NCBI GenBank assembly: GCA_965263295.1
Contig: OZ253665.1
Location: forward strand, 928,001-992,000
DNA length: 64,000 nucleotides
Source: Spirochaetia bacterium
Lineage (GTDB): Bacteria > Spirochaetota > Spirochaetia > SP-2023
Direction of reading: 5' to 3'
Part shown: positions 18,785 to 28,644 of the stretch, piece after piece
Position numbering within the stretch: position 1 is the stretch's first letter
Layout of the letters: each line of letters opens with the position of its first letter
Notes under the pieces: model-generated
Told to the model about the DNA's origin: nothing
Seen by the model: the letters and a program-made list of their open reading frames with translations, nothing else
Database searches by the model: none
Program-made: the position numbers and the translations under genes

Positions 18785-21622
18785 TCAATCTAGGCGGAGC
18801 CATTTATTCTGGCGCACTTGCCGTACCAGTTGCCCCAAATATGGCTCATCAAATTCTGGGAAAAAATAGCAAAACCATAATTTACCGACATTACTCGCGG
18901 ACTGCCACTCTTCACTCAGCATTTGGGTACACAAAAAATAATTCTGCCAGAGCTCTGTGGCCGTTTTCAGTTCATCTGCCGGCAGACGGTTTCTCAAACG
19001 CAAAAATTCTTGCAGTTGGCGTTCCTTGGCACGTTGGGTATCCGCGAACTGTATCTGTAGATTTCCCAGGCGTTTATTGTCGAGCTGTCCGCGCAACAAT
19101 TGGCCCTGAATTTCCAACTGTAAGGCCTTAGATCGTTCATTCAAACGCAGGACATTTTGCAGGTACTCATCATATACAACAAAACTTCGGCGTCGGGAAT
19201 TGTGAATATATAGCGGCCAGGCCTGCCAAAGGCGATAACTACGCAGCAGACGGGCTGCCGCCAGGATACTCTTCTCGGTACGCATAACTTGCATCGGAGT
19301 CGCACTAGTAGTTTGACGATAGCGTTCTAACAGCCCCTGCCATACCTGGGTTACGCGCCGCAGATACGGCAGGGCTGGCACATCCCGCCCATGTGAGACA
19401 GCCGGTTCTACTGCCGGGTCGGCAGGTCTACGTTGTGGTTGTACATCCGTCCGTTGCGGCCACTGACCGGACTGCAGGCCACGGAACAACATGATACAAT
19501 ACAACTTCAACCAGTTAAGGAACCACTGGTCCTCAGCCCGCTGCTCCAAATCAGCAGCAAAAAACAGTCGTTCGTCGTCGTTCTGCGCCTTACGTTGCCT
19601 AACGTCCTCGCGCACAGCCTCTAGCTGCAAGCCTAAATCCCCATTTAAACTATTTAAAAAAATTGGGTTACTCTTGCGAAAGTTATTGTTTCCTAGCAAC
19701 TTCACGGAGATATAACCTGGCCAAAGATCTTGGGCATCGCGACTGTCAAAATAGCTTAAACTGTCCCAGTTGATCAAACGAAATAAAACCGCATCGGGTA
19801 CTACCCGCAAAAGTTCCTCAATATTTTTCTGTTGGAAAACAAGTTGTCTCAGGTCTTCAGAATTTTGCCTTTCTTGCCGCAGTGTCAGATCTACTGCCAT
19901 GGTTTTATTGAAAAGCGATCGGCTGTATGAACGATAAAATTCGTAGGCACTGCGGCTGAAAAAATTACCGAGCAAATCAATCAGGTTCAACTGCACGGCA
20001 CGCAGCAAGAAAGTTAGGAAAAATTTGTGATACGGGCGCTCCTGTTCCATTTCATGGTAAAAATAGAGTTGCAGGACCTTTTCTTGCTGCTCCTCGCTCA
20101 GCTGGTCAAATAGGCCGAGCTGTAAAGCGACAGAGACCTTCACTTGATTTTGCCGCAGAAAATCCATGTATACATGGGCAAACGGCAGCGCCTGGTGTTG
20201 AAAGTATTGTATATAAATAGTGCGTTCTGCCGGGTTCAATTCTAGACGATAAAACAGACCCAACACTTTTTCCGGCGTTGCAGCAGAATTCCGCTGACTA
20301 AGCACCGACAGAACCAAACCCAACTCACTCGGTTTGAGTTGTAAACGCTCTATTTGCCCCATAATAAAATCACTGACGGGATCCGCCGATTGCCCGGTGG
20401 CTTGCGAATCCAAAACAAAAACAGGCCACAAACTGAGCAAGCCGGCAGCCTCTTGCCTTACCGGCAGGTATTCATCGCGGATAAAATAAAATACAGAAGA
20501 CAAAAATTGCATGTAATGACGGAGCTGTAGTTCCTGCCCTTGTTCATGACCTTGCTCCTGCCTGCCCGTCTTCAGCCTGTCGCTCAACCAGGTGGCCTGC
20601 TCAAAAAGAGACTGCATAACAATAATACGCTGCTGCGCACTGGCGTGCCCCAAGGCCTGATAGTAGGCCGCATTACTCTGGGGATCATAGTTGTCAGCGG
20701 CAAACTGTCTGTCCTCCAGGTCAAACGACAAAAGATCGGCCTCGGCCATATCCTTGCCGCCGTGCAAGCGGGAGACGGGCTCCCAAAGCAAAGTATGGCT
20801 CCGAGACAAGAGCCTGGCCAAGTAACTGACTAACTCAGAACTATCGCTAAAACGCGCTATCAAGTAGCGTAGCTGCTTCCGGCTTATTTGCGCATTCAAG
20901 ATACTTGCCGCCTTGACCAGAGCACGATTAAAGCGACGAGCTGGGTCTGTAGTCTCACCTTCGACATCTCCGTCCCTGATGGCGTTTGCCTTTGCCTGTT
21001 TTGTATCAACTGTAGTAGATTTCGGGATACAACTGACTAAAGACAGCTCGGCAAATTCCGGCAACTGCCGGTAATCTGAAAATAATGCGTAACTCAACAG
21101 CCGGCGCTGCCAGGAAAGCTTCTGCTTCTGCGCAGAGAGAATATCCGTGGCCAGCTGGCGGACATTAGTCGCGGGATCCTCCAAGGCGTAAATCAGAACA
21201 TCAAAATAACGCAACTGCACGTCTTCGCGACTGCGCTGCAGTAAAGTCAAAATAGCCAGGCGAAAGCCTTGCAAGGCAGTTCGAGGTTCCTCAAAAAAGT
21301 CGATGATTAAAGGCAGATCAGCATCGCGAAGATCGCGCTGAACCTTCTCGTTCTCAATGATGCGCTGGGCATTATCCCGTACAAATGGCACCAGCGTTTG
21401 GCGCGTCAAGCTAGTGCACGCGCCAAAACTCAACGACAGGCTACAGAGTAAGGCAGAGCGGGCCAGCTTCCAGCTCAAAGCCCAAACTCCACGCCGGACA
21501 AAAAAATTTCTATGGCTGTTCCTGCAAGACACCAGGTGTATTCTCTGCATCGGCTGAAGGCGTGATACCACTTGGCAAACGGCTCTGCAGTATCTGGCCT
21601 TGCAGGTTTGCCGGCAAGGCAT
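18785..21622 (-). CDS. Large alpha-helical hypothetical protein, possible lipoprotein with HEAT-like repeats (start probably downstream of 21622)
   Basis: 945-aa ORF with lipobox-like LSLSFGA-C and HEAT-like segments ALEDPATNVRQLA and IRDEYLPVRQEAA. Confidence 0.65.
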   Translation of the reverse strand: MPCRQTCKARYCRAVCQVVSRLQPMQRIHLVSCRNSHRNFFVRRGVWALSWKLARSALLCSLSLSFGACTSLTRQTLVPFVRDNAQRIIENEKVQRDLRDADLPLIIDFFEEPRTALQGFRLAILTLLQRSREDVQLRYFDVLIYALEDPATNVRQLATDILSAQKQKLSWQRRLLSYALFSDYRQLPEFAELSLVSCIPKSTTVDTKQAKANAIRDGDVEGETTDPARRFNRALVKAASILNAQISRKQLRYLIARFSDSSELVSYLARLLSRSHTLLWEPVSRLHGGKDMAEADLLSFDLEDRQFAADNYDPQSNAAYYQALGHASAQQRIIVMQSLFEQATWLSDRLKTGRQEQGHEQGQELQLRHYMQFLSSVFYFIRDEYLPVRQEAAGLLSLWPVFVLDSQATGQSADPVSDFIMGQIERLQLKPSELGLVLSVLSQRNSAATPEKVLGLFYRLELNPAERTIYIQYFQHQALPFAHVYMDFLRQNQVKVSVALQLGLFDQLSEEQQEKVLQLYFYHEMEQERPYHKFFLTFLLRAVQLNLIDLLGNFFSRSAYEFYRSYSRSLFNKTMAVDLTLRQERQNSEDLRQLVFQQKNIEELLRVVPDAVLFRLINWDSLSYFDSRDAQDLWPGYISVKLLGNNNFRKSNPIFLNSLNGDLGLQLEAVREDVRQRKAQNDDERLFFAADLEQRAEDQWFLNWLKLYCIMLFRGLQSGQWPQRTDVQPQRRPADPAVEPAVSHGRDVPALPYLRRVTQVWQGLLERYRQTTSATPMQVMRTEKSILAAARLLRSYRLWQAWPLYIHNSRRRSFVVYDEYLQNVLRLNERSKALQLEIQGQLLRGQLDNKRLGNLQIQFADTQRAKERQLQEFLRLRNRLPADELKTATELWQNYFLCTQMLSEEWQSASNVGKLWFCYFFPEFDEPYLGQLVRQVRQNKWLRLD

Positions 21623-22550
21623 CGCCTTGAGTCACGGCAAAATACTGAATTAGAATGGGATGTTGAGTCAGGATTTCTCCCAGACGTTCAATGTTCTGTA
21701 GATACAATTCCTGAGCAATACGGCTGTTTTGCTGCTGCAACAATTGCGCCAGAGATTCGCTCGACAATTGTTGCAAAAGCTCATGATAGGCCTGTTTGAC
21801 TTCAGAGTAGAGCCATAAGTCCGGCTGTTGGTAACGGCGGACATCGACAGATAATACGTCCAGCTGTGGGAACCCCTGCCCCAGCTCGTGGCCTAGATAA
21901 TTCTCCACAGTTTGAATATCTGTCCCGGCCCCTTGCTTGGTTGTGCTAGAATCAGCAAACATATTCTGCAACTCCAAATCCAATCTTTCATGCAATTTAG
22001 TTCGCAGGCGCTGAGCCAAATCCCGCAAGCCTTCATCGACGCCCCCGACTAGTTTAGAGAGCAATGTGCTTGCACTTTGATTCGGGGCTGCCGAAGTAAA
22101 GTCATTCGCCGGATTCGACACATAAGCCAGTAATTCCTCCGCCCGGTATCGATACCGAAGCGTCAACTCCAGATGAAAAACAAAGGGATTTGTTTCCTCG
22201 CTGCGATCAACTAGGCTTTCATTACTCAGGCGAGGCAAGAGAATCTGGTAATTCTCTGCCGAAGGCAGGCGATAATGTTGGCTAAAGTGCAATTCCTGGA
22301 CTTCGTTGGGAACCGCCACAAAATCGACGTTGGCGGGCAGCCAGTTTTGCCAACTAATATAATATTGCTTTGGCTGTAAAATTTGTTCCTGAAAACCGTT
22401 AAACTTGGTATGAACAAAGTACAATTTACCGCGATCAGACGGAGCCGAGCGAACCGCGCGATAGCCTATAAAGCCAAATATAGCTAGCCACAAGAGCCAC
22501 ACTATGCTACCCAACAAAGGGTTTCTTTTTGCCCTTACTTGTTTTCCCAC
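21510..22550 (-). CDS. Membrane-anchored hypothetical protein, SPFH/band-7-like
   Basis: N-terminal transmembrane helix, beta-rich segment, VLSVDV..YQQPD and a coiled-coil C-terminus. Confidence 0.55.
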   Translation of the reverse strand: MGKQVRAKRNPLLGSIVWLLWLAIFGFIGYRAVRSAPSDRGKLYFVHTKFNGFQEQILQPKQYYISWQNWLPANVDFVAVPNEVQELHFSQHYRLPSAENYQILLPRLSNESLVDRSEETNPFVFHLELTLRYRYRAEELLAYVSNPANDFTSAAPNQSASTLLSKLVGGVDEGLRDLAQRLRTKLHERLDLELQNMFADSSTTKQGAGTDIQTVENYLGHELGQGFPQLDVLSVDVRRYQQPDLWLYSEVKQAYHELLQQLSSESLAQLLQQQNSRIAQELYLQNIERLGEILTQHPILIQYFAVTQGDALPANLQGQILQSRLPSGITPSADAENTPGVLQEQP

Positions 22551-22664
22551 TAGATCAACCTAATCTTATTGATTCTGGCACAGCGAGCGACGGCGTCGAG
22601 TTCCCTTCTCCCCAGGCTGGCCCTGCAAGCCCACAAAATTGTATGCCGGCAGAGCACGCCCAGG

Positions 22665-25600
22665 TCAGCGCCCGTCGTCGGCTTTTACCCCTTTCCAGTT
22701 GGCGTCGTCAAAAATATTGAAATTATACAGCTCATACTGGCTATGGATGTAAAATTGCCTGTCATTGCCGGCCAGCTCCTCGCCGCGCACGACACCCTCA
22801 ACAACATATAGCGACACAGGTTGACTGCGCACAGGTTTGAGCTTTTTACCGCTGTACGGGTTGTGGGTTATGCCAAAATCGGGCAAGAACTCTGAAGGCA
22901 AATCAGCCGTGGTGCGGAATTCATTTGAGGTCTGCAGCGGGCCACGAGCGCCAATTTTTTTGCGCATGTAAAGACTATGCCAGCTACCTTTGCCCCTATG
23001 CCAATTATTTTTACCCCGCGATCCCGGAAGGCCCTGCACGGCAAAGCTAGGGTCATAGTGTGACGAGCCATGATCTGAAACCAAATAAATTTCACTGTTG
23101 TCATACAGATCCAGTTCTTTCAGCTTATCAAGGCAATCAGCGACTAGCTGTAAAGTTTCATAGTCCGCCAAATATATCGTAGATAAATCCTTATTGCCAT
23201 TTTGCTCATCGATCTCACGAAACTTTGGCGGCACTGTGGGCAACGGAAAACGGAAATTATCTGGATTGCCAAAATAATTTTGGGCATCGACAAAACCAGT
23301 ATTGTGAGGAAACTGATTGTGATACAAAACATAGCTGCCCTGTGGCCCGGCGCCAGGTTCAAATATCTCACTCAGACTCAATAACTCAATATAAGTTTTC
23401 CAAAAAGCGACCGTGGCCCAGAGGCTGGAATCCCCCAGCAAACCCATCCATTTACCATGATTGTAAATTTTCTGGCGAAACATGGGGCCAAACGCCTGAA
23501 ACAAACCCAACAGGCTCAGAAAATTCTGCCATTCCAGCACGGCCTCCCCGCCGCGAGCCAGCTCGGGGCGGGGCAGTAAATCATAGTCATTCCGGCTATG
23601 CACAACCTGAACCCCTTCCTCCCGCAGGCGTTTTTCCATGGCCCCGCGAGCGCGCGGCACAATCACATAATCGACGTTTAAAAAATAAGAGGCAAAATCC
23701 TGATCGCCAAAACGCTCCTTGAAGGCTTTGGGTACCATGGTAAAAGCTTCAATTAAATCCACCGCAAGGGGCCTGTCATTGGCGTTCATCGCAGTCACGG
23801 TATATTCGCTACCGCCCACTATCGGATGGAAGCCACCATAGGTCCGCTGGGCCTGGGAGACAACGTTGGGATAATAAATAAAACCATCGAGACGCTCGGC
23901 AAGTGTCGGGTCATCTCGCAGGATTTCTGGAACGTAGCCGCCCATGACTTTGTCGAGCATTAAAACGATGACATTGCGGCCTTCGCGACTGAGCTGGATC
24001 TTCGGCACCTCACCGAGGCTTTCAACGGGGCTTTCATCGCGGCCCCAGCGGTCGTCCTGGCTGTGACGCCCTCGTTGCGGCCCGCTGCTATCGACGGCCA
24101 ACTCGCTGCGAAATTTAGCCACTTTGTACAGGTTACTGCCAATTACAATTAAATGAAAACCAAGGATCACTAACAAGAGGCGGTCCAAAGGCGGCCATTT
24201 ATTCGTGTTTTCGAATGCAAAGCCCTTAGAGTGCCGCAGCAAGTAAGCGGCAAATATGAGCAGCAGCAAAGCGGCCAACAGCAAGGCACTTGCCCCCACA
24301 GAATTGGCGCTTATATGCAACTGATTGCGAAAAGTGGTAAATTCCATTGGCCCGTAGTTGCCGGGAAGCAACAGCACGTTGACGCTGAAAAACCAAGCTC
24401 CCGCTGCGGCGAGACCAGAGATGTAGTAGCGCAATGCCAGCGGCAGGATCAAATATATTAGCGCGAATAGCACTGCAGACAGCAAGCAGAAGAGCAGCAA
24501 GCTGAAGGTCAGCGAGACAAAATTGCTGTTGCCCTCAAAAGTTGCCGGATCGCTGGCGATGGCCCGGGCCGGCGCCGTCCAGAAAATGCCGACAAAAATA
24601 CAAGCCAGGGCCAAAATATACAGACGAAAGCTGCTGGAGTTCAAACGCGCTTCCGCGCCCGAATTACGGAATGAGGAATTCCGGAATCGAAAACTCCAGC
24701 TCCAAGGCCGGCAGTCTGCGCGATACGGGCCTAAACTTGAAGGCCAGAGCCAGGCCTCCTTCCCCGCCAAAGCGAGGGCCACGACGATAGCGCCAAAGGC
24801 CAACAAGCAAGCCAGAGGGCGAAGCTCTTGGGCCCGCCGTGACAAAGCCACAGACTGCAATAAGGCATCGTTGTCCGCTTTTCCAACCATTAAAGAGGCC
24901 AGCTTCGCCTGCTGCCCCAGATATAACAAATATATAATTGCCGCGGCACAGCCCAACAAGGCCAGCAATTGGCAGGCTTGCAGACCGTTGTGCACAAGTC
25001 TTTTTGCGGAGCTTGCAGGCCTTGTTGACACCGCGAGAAATCGTTGTAAAAGAAAATAAAACACGCCCAAATAAAATAGCAAAAATAAAGCAATATTAAT
25101 CGACAGAATCGGCAGTGCTTTATCCTTGTCACTTTCAATAAAATAGCGAGTTCCCAGAAAAAGAGCGAAGAATAGCAAGCCCAAATGTAGCGCACGGGAA
25201 CCAGGACTGCGCCAGTAGCGCAGCAGATTCTGCGCCCTCAACTGCGGTATGCGGAGAGAACGCCCGGCGCGCCAAGTCTGCCAAAGGTTTTTCAGCAGAG
25301 AAAATACATTGTTCATGCTCCAATAAAACACAAGGGCCGCAGGTTGCCGATACAACAGAACTAGAAACAACACTGGCAGCAGCCAAATCCTTGAGCGTTC
25401 TTCTTGCGTCTGGGCGTGGTAAGCGGCCGCGAATAGATTGATCAATGTCATAATCAGGGGCAACAAATTGACGCTGATACCCGCAAACTGCAACAGCCCA
25501 TCTGGCTGGGAAAGGTCTCCCAGAATATTGCCGGGCCCTGCCGGCAGCCCAGAAAAAGCCTCAAAGTGATGCAACATCTGGTAGGCCGCGATAAAAACCG

Positions 25601-25916
25601 GCACCTGCACAGCCAGGCCAAAGAGCCCGACCAAACTGTATAGAGGGTTATAGCCGTGACGCCGATATATCTCGCGAGTATAAAAATACTTACGATTGCC
25701 GCTCGGCAGTGCCGCGACAGAATCGAGTTCAGGTTGCATCAGGGCCTTGCGCTGCCTTTCGCGGGCCGAGAGCATGTCGCCAAACTGGTACAATGGCAAC
25801 ATGATGGCAAAAACGCTGAGACTGAGGAGTGTCAAAGCCAGAAGAGGGCCGCTAAAATTAAGATAAATATTCAGCAAACCCTCAAGGAAAGATATTAAGG
25901 TATTGATAATGAACAT
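22665..25916 (-). CDS. YidC/Oxa1-family insertase domain fused to a multi-TM region and a sulfatase/LTA-synthase-like domain
   Basis: N-terminus: LPLY...YRRHGYNP...VQVPVFIAAY...DLSQPD...NLLPLIM...PAALVFYWSMNN. C-terminus: NVIVLMLD, GFIYYPN, YDNSEIYLVSDHG. Confidence 0.8.
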   Translation of the reverse strand: MFIINTLISFLEGLLNIYLNFSGPLLALTLLSLSVFAIMLPLYQFGDMLSARERQRKALMQPELDSVAALPSGNRKYFYTREIYRRHGYNPLYSLVGLFGLAVQVPVFIAAYQMLHHFEAFSGLPAGPGNILGDLSQPDGLLQFAGISVNLLPLIMTLINLFAAAYHAQTQEERSRIWLLPVLFLVLLYRQPAALVFYWSMNNVFSLLKNLWQTWRAGRSLRIPQLRAQNLLRYWRSPGSRALHLGLLFFALFLGTRYFIESDKDKALPILSINIALFLLFYLGVFYFLLQRFLAVSTRPASSAKRLVHNGLQACQLLALLGCAAAIIYLLYLGQQAKLASLMVGKADNDALLQSVALSRRAQELRPLACLLAFGAIVVALALAGKEAWLWPSSLGPYRADCRPWSWSFRFRNSSFRNSGAEARLNSSSFRLYILALACIFVGIFWTAPARAIASDPATFEGNSNFVSLTFSLLLFCLLSAVLFALIYLILPLALRYYISGLAAAGAWFFSVNVLLLPGNYGPMEFTTFRNQLHISANSVGASALLLAALLLLIFAAYLLRHSKGFAFENTNKWPPLDRLLLVILGFHLIVIGSNLYKVAKFRSELAVDSSGPQRGRHSQDDRWGRDESPVESLGEVPKIQLSREGRNVIVLMLDKVMGGYVPEILRDDPTLAERLDGFIYYPNVVSQAQRTYGGFHPIVGGSEYTVTAMNANDRPLAVDLIEAFTMVPKAFKERFGDQDFASYFLNVDYVIVPRARGAMEKRLREEGVQVVHSRNDYDLLPRPELARGGEAVLEWQNFLSLLGLFQAFGPMFRQKIYNHGKWMGLLGDSSLWATVAFWKTYIELLSLSEIFEPGAGPQGSYVLYHNQFPHNTGFVDAQNYFGNPDNFRFPLPTVPPKFREIDEQNGNKDLSTIYLADYETLQLVADCLDKLKELDLYDNSEIYLVSDHGSSHYDPSFAVQGLPGSRGKNNWHRGKGSWHSLYMRKKIGARGPLQTSNEFRTTADLPSEFLPDFGITHNPYSGKKLKPVRSQPVSLYVVEGVVRGEELAGNDRQFYIHSQYELYNFNIFDDANWKGVKADDGR

Positions 25917-25952
25917 TATAAAAAGATCTTTCTTAGACCAGGTTAGACCAGT

Positions 25953-27107
25953 TTAGTTTAGGTAACGCAGCTTGAGAATGCCGGCAGTGGCTTCCAGCTC
26001 CTGTAAAGTCTGCAAACTGGGGGCAGCATCGACATCGACAATCGTGTAGGCGAAGTCACCACGATGGCGGTTGTTCAGCTCCTGTATGTTTAATTTCTGT
26101 TTGGCCAAAATTGAAGAAATCTGCCCCAGCATGTTGGGAACATTTTCATGAGTGAAAGTCAGGCGGTGTTCTGTCTCGCGCTCAAGTTCGCAATCGGGGT
26201 AATTAACCGAGTTGCGAATATTGCCGTGGAGCAGAAAACGGGAGAGTTGATCACATGCCATGACGGCGCAATTTTCTTCGGCCTCTGGCGTGGAAGCCCC
26301 TAAGTGAGGAAAGCTAATCGCACCTGCGAGCCCCTTGAACACAGGGCTGGGAAAGTCTGAAACATAGTAGCTGATTGCGCCGGAATTCAGGGCCTCGGAC
26401 ACAGCGCTTTCGTCGACCAGCTCGGCGCGGGCAAAGTTGATCAGGCGGGCTCCCCATTTGATGGACTCAATGTTTTCAGCCCGCAGCAGCCCCCTAGTTT
26501 GCGCCGATAACGACAGGTGTAGGCTGATGTAGTCGGACTGCTTCAATACGCCCTCAATGTCTTCAAATAATTGCATGCCTTTCGTCAATTTGAGGGCATT
26601 TTTTACCGAAAGAAACGGGTCGTAACCAATTACGTTCATGCCCAGAGCATCGGCGGCATTGGCCACCAAAGAACCTATGGCCCCCAAGCCAATAATACCT
26701 AAAGTCTTACCCGATATTTCGGGGCCGGCAAACATCTTTTTACCGGCTTCAACCGCCGTGGAGTCCGTTGTCGCAAGTTGCTCAAGCCACTGGATACTCT
26801 GAGCCAACTTGCGTGATGAAAGCAACATGGCGCAGATGACCAGCTCTTTTACACTGTTGGCGTTGGCACCGGGCGTATTAAAGACGACAATACCTCGTCT
26901 GGCGCATTCATCCACGGGGATATTATTCGTTCCAGCTCCGGCGCGGGCAATGCCGCAAACACTGGCCTCGATTTCACTACCCTGCAATTTGTGACTGCGT
27001 AGCAAAAGGGCATGAGCCGGGGTCTCGCTCCTTGAATGCCCAATAGCAGGAGGCAAACGATTCAATCCTTTTGCCGAGATATTGTTGTAGTAGCGGATAT
27101 TGTACAT
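25953..27107 (-). CDS. serA: D-3-phosphoglycerate dehydrogenase with ACT domain
   Basis: Motifs ARAGAGTNNIP, FNTPGANANSVKEL, GIIGLGAIG, PHLGASTPEAE and HENVPNML. Confidence 0.9.
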   Translation of the reverse strand: MYNIRYYNNISAKGLNRLPPAIGHSRSETPAHALLLRSHKLQGSEIEASVCGIARAGAGTNNIPVDECARRGIVVFNTPGANANSVKELVICAMLLSSRKLAQSIQWLEQLATTDSTAVEAGKKMFAGPEISGKTLGIIGLGAIGSLVANAADALGMNVIGYDPFLSVKNALKLTKGMQLFEDIEGVLKQSDYISLHLSLSAQTRGLLRAENIESIKWGARLINFARAELVDESAVSEALNSGAISYYVSDFPSPVFKGLAGAISFPHLGASTPEAEENCAVMACDQLSRFLLHGNIRNSVNYPDCELERETEHRLTFTHENVPNMLGQISSILAKQKLNIQELNNRHRGDFAYTIVDVDAAPSLQTLQELEATAGILKLRYLN

Positions 27108-27606
27108 GGAATACCTTTAGACTGAAATTTAAATGCAGAAATTCAAATATGGCAAATGTAGTAAAAAACTTATTGAGGTGCAAGATTCAGAGCGGGCCTA
27201 CTTTTTAGAAGATACTTTTTTGATTGTCTGAGCTGAATGCATTTACTGTTGTCGAGTTCTAGACAGCGAAATCTTGCGGGTCAAAAAACCATGGGAAATC
27301 AGTAAAACCATAAAAAACCACGGCCTGTGCCTTGTGCAAATAATTTTTAATTGCAGTATAAAACACCTAAGCTTCTACTGGATAATTTCTACTCGGTTTT
27401 GAAGATATGGGCGCCATTGATGATTGAGGCTTTAGAGCAAGAGCTGTGGAAATATGTTTGCGTAGCCAGCAGCTGGCAGCATAGTTATTGCACATGGCGG
27501 GATTATTACGCCAATCGGCGAGCTGTGCCCCGAAGAATATTTTTACTTACTTAATATTGACTTAAATTAGACTTGAGAGATATTCACAAAAGAGGAGCGT
27601 AGAAGA

Positions 27607-28536
27607 ATGCGCGAGCATTATAAATGTTTGGGGATAAAATACCGTCGCTCTATCGCCACCTACTTATTGGGTGCCATGCACTTGCTGGCTGCGGTTTTAA
27701 TTGGCCTCTTTGGGGCGCTTGGGGCGCTGGATGCGGAAGAAGGACACAATTCAATTCAGACCGATACAAAGCGGACTCTCGGTAGGCAGGGAAGAACGGC
27801 TGTCGTTGCCGGACGAGCTTCTTCGACGGCTTCACAGATATCAGCTACCGTGCCAGAGGCCGTATCAAGCCAGCCCAAGCGCCAGGATGGCCTGAGTGTC
27901 GGAATGTTTCAAAAAGGTCAAGCTTCATTCTATGCCGATAAGTTTCACGGTCGGCGCACCGCTAGCGGCGAAATTTTTGATATGAATGCCATGACGGCAG
28001 CACATAGAACTTTACCATTTGGCACGGTAGTCTCTGTCGCCAACCAGGCCAATGGCAGAACTGCGGAATTGCGCATTAACGACCGCGGGCCATACGTAGC
28101 TGGACGTATTATTGATGTTTCAGCGAAGGCCGCCGGAATTTTAGGGATGAAGGGACTGGGGGTTGTGCCAGTTGAAATGGTTATTGTATCCCTACCACCA
28201 GAACGCAGCGTAAAAACTAATAACCCGATTAAAAAGTTAGGGGCCCCGGTACAAAAAGTAAAAAACAAAAAAGTAGAAAGTAAAGCAGAGCTTTCGGGCA
28301 AAGGCAATATGCCTCGGCAGCGACGGTTCGCCATTCAGATTGCGAGTTACCAAAACTTGAAATATGCCCAAAGAAATCGTGAACGTCTCGAAACCGCCGG
28401 TATTCCGGTCCATTTTGAAAAGCATGGCGAATATCATCGCCTGATTATTGTAAACTTAAACAGAGAGCAAGTAGAATATTATCGTGCGGAGCTAGCTCGC
28501 CTGGGTGTCCGCAATGTGTTAGTGCGCCAAGAATAA
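27607..28536 (+). CDS. rlpA: Septal ring lytic transglycosylase RlpA family protein with SPOR domain
   Basis: GQASFYADKFHGRRTASGE, TAAHRTLPFG, RINDRGPY and IIDVS; C-terminal IQIASY SPOR domain. Confidence 0.9.
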   Translation: MREHYKCLGIKYRRSIATYLLGAMHLLAAVLIGLFGALGALDAEEGHNSIQTDTKRTLGRQGRTAVVAGRASSTASQISATVPEAVSSQPKRQDGLSVGMFQKGQASFYADKFHGRRTASGEIFDMNAMTAAHRTLPFGTVVSVANQANGRTAELRINDRGPYVAGRIIDVSAKAAGILGMKGLGVVPVEMVIVSLPPERSVKTNNPIKKLGAPVQKVKNKKVESKAELSGKGNMPRQRRFAIQIASYQNLKYAQRNRERLETAGIPVHFEKHGEYHRLIIVNLNREQVEYYRAELARLGVRNVLVRQE

Positions 28537-28644
28537 AGTTAAAAGAAAGTTAAAATAAAACAGAAAATCCCTTTACACCGGCTGGCCCGTGTCGTTTCAT
28601 TGTGGTTGGGTCTCAAGGTTCCTGCTGTTTCCCCAATTGTTTTA

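Noticed and set aside
27351..27554. 67-aa ORF between serA and rlpA
   Set aside because: TTG start, no RBS, no motif; more likely part of the divergent promoter region.
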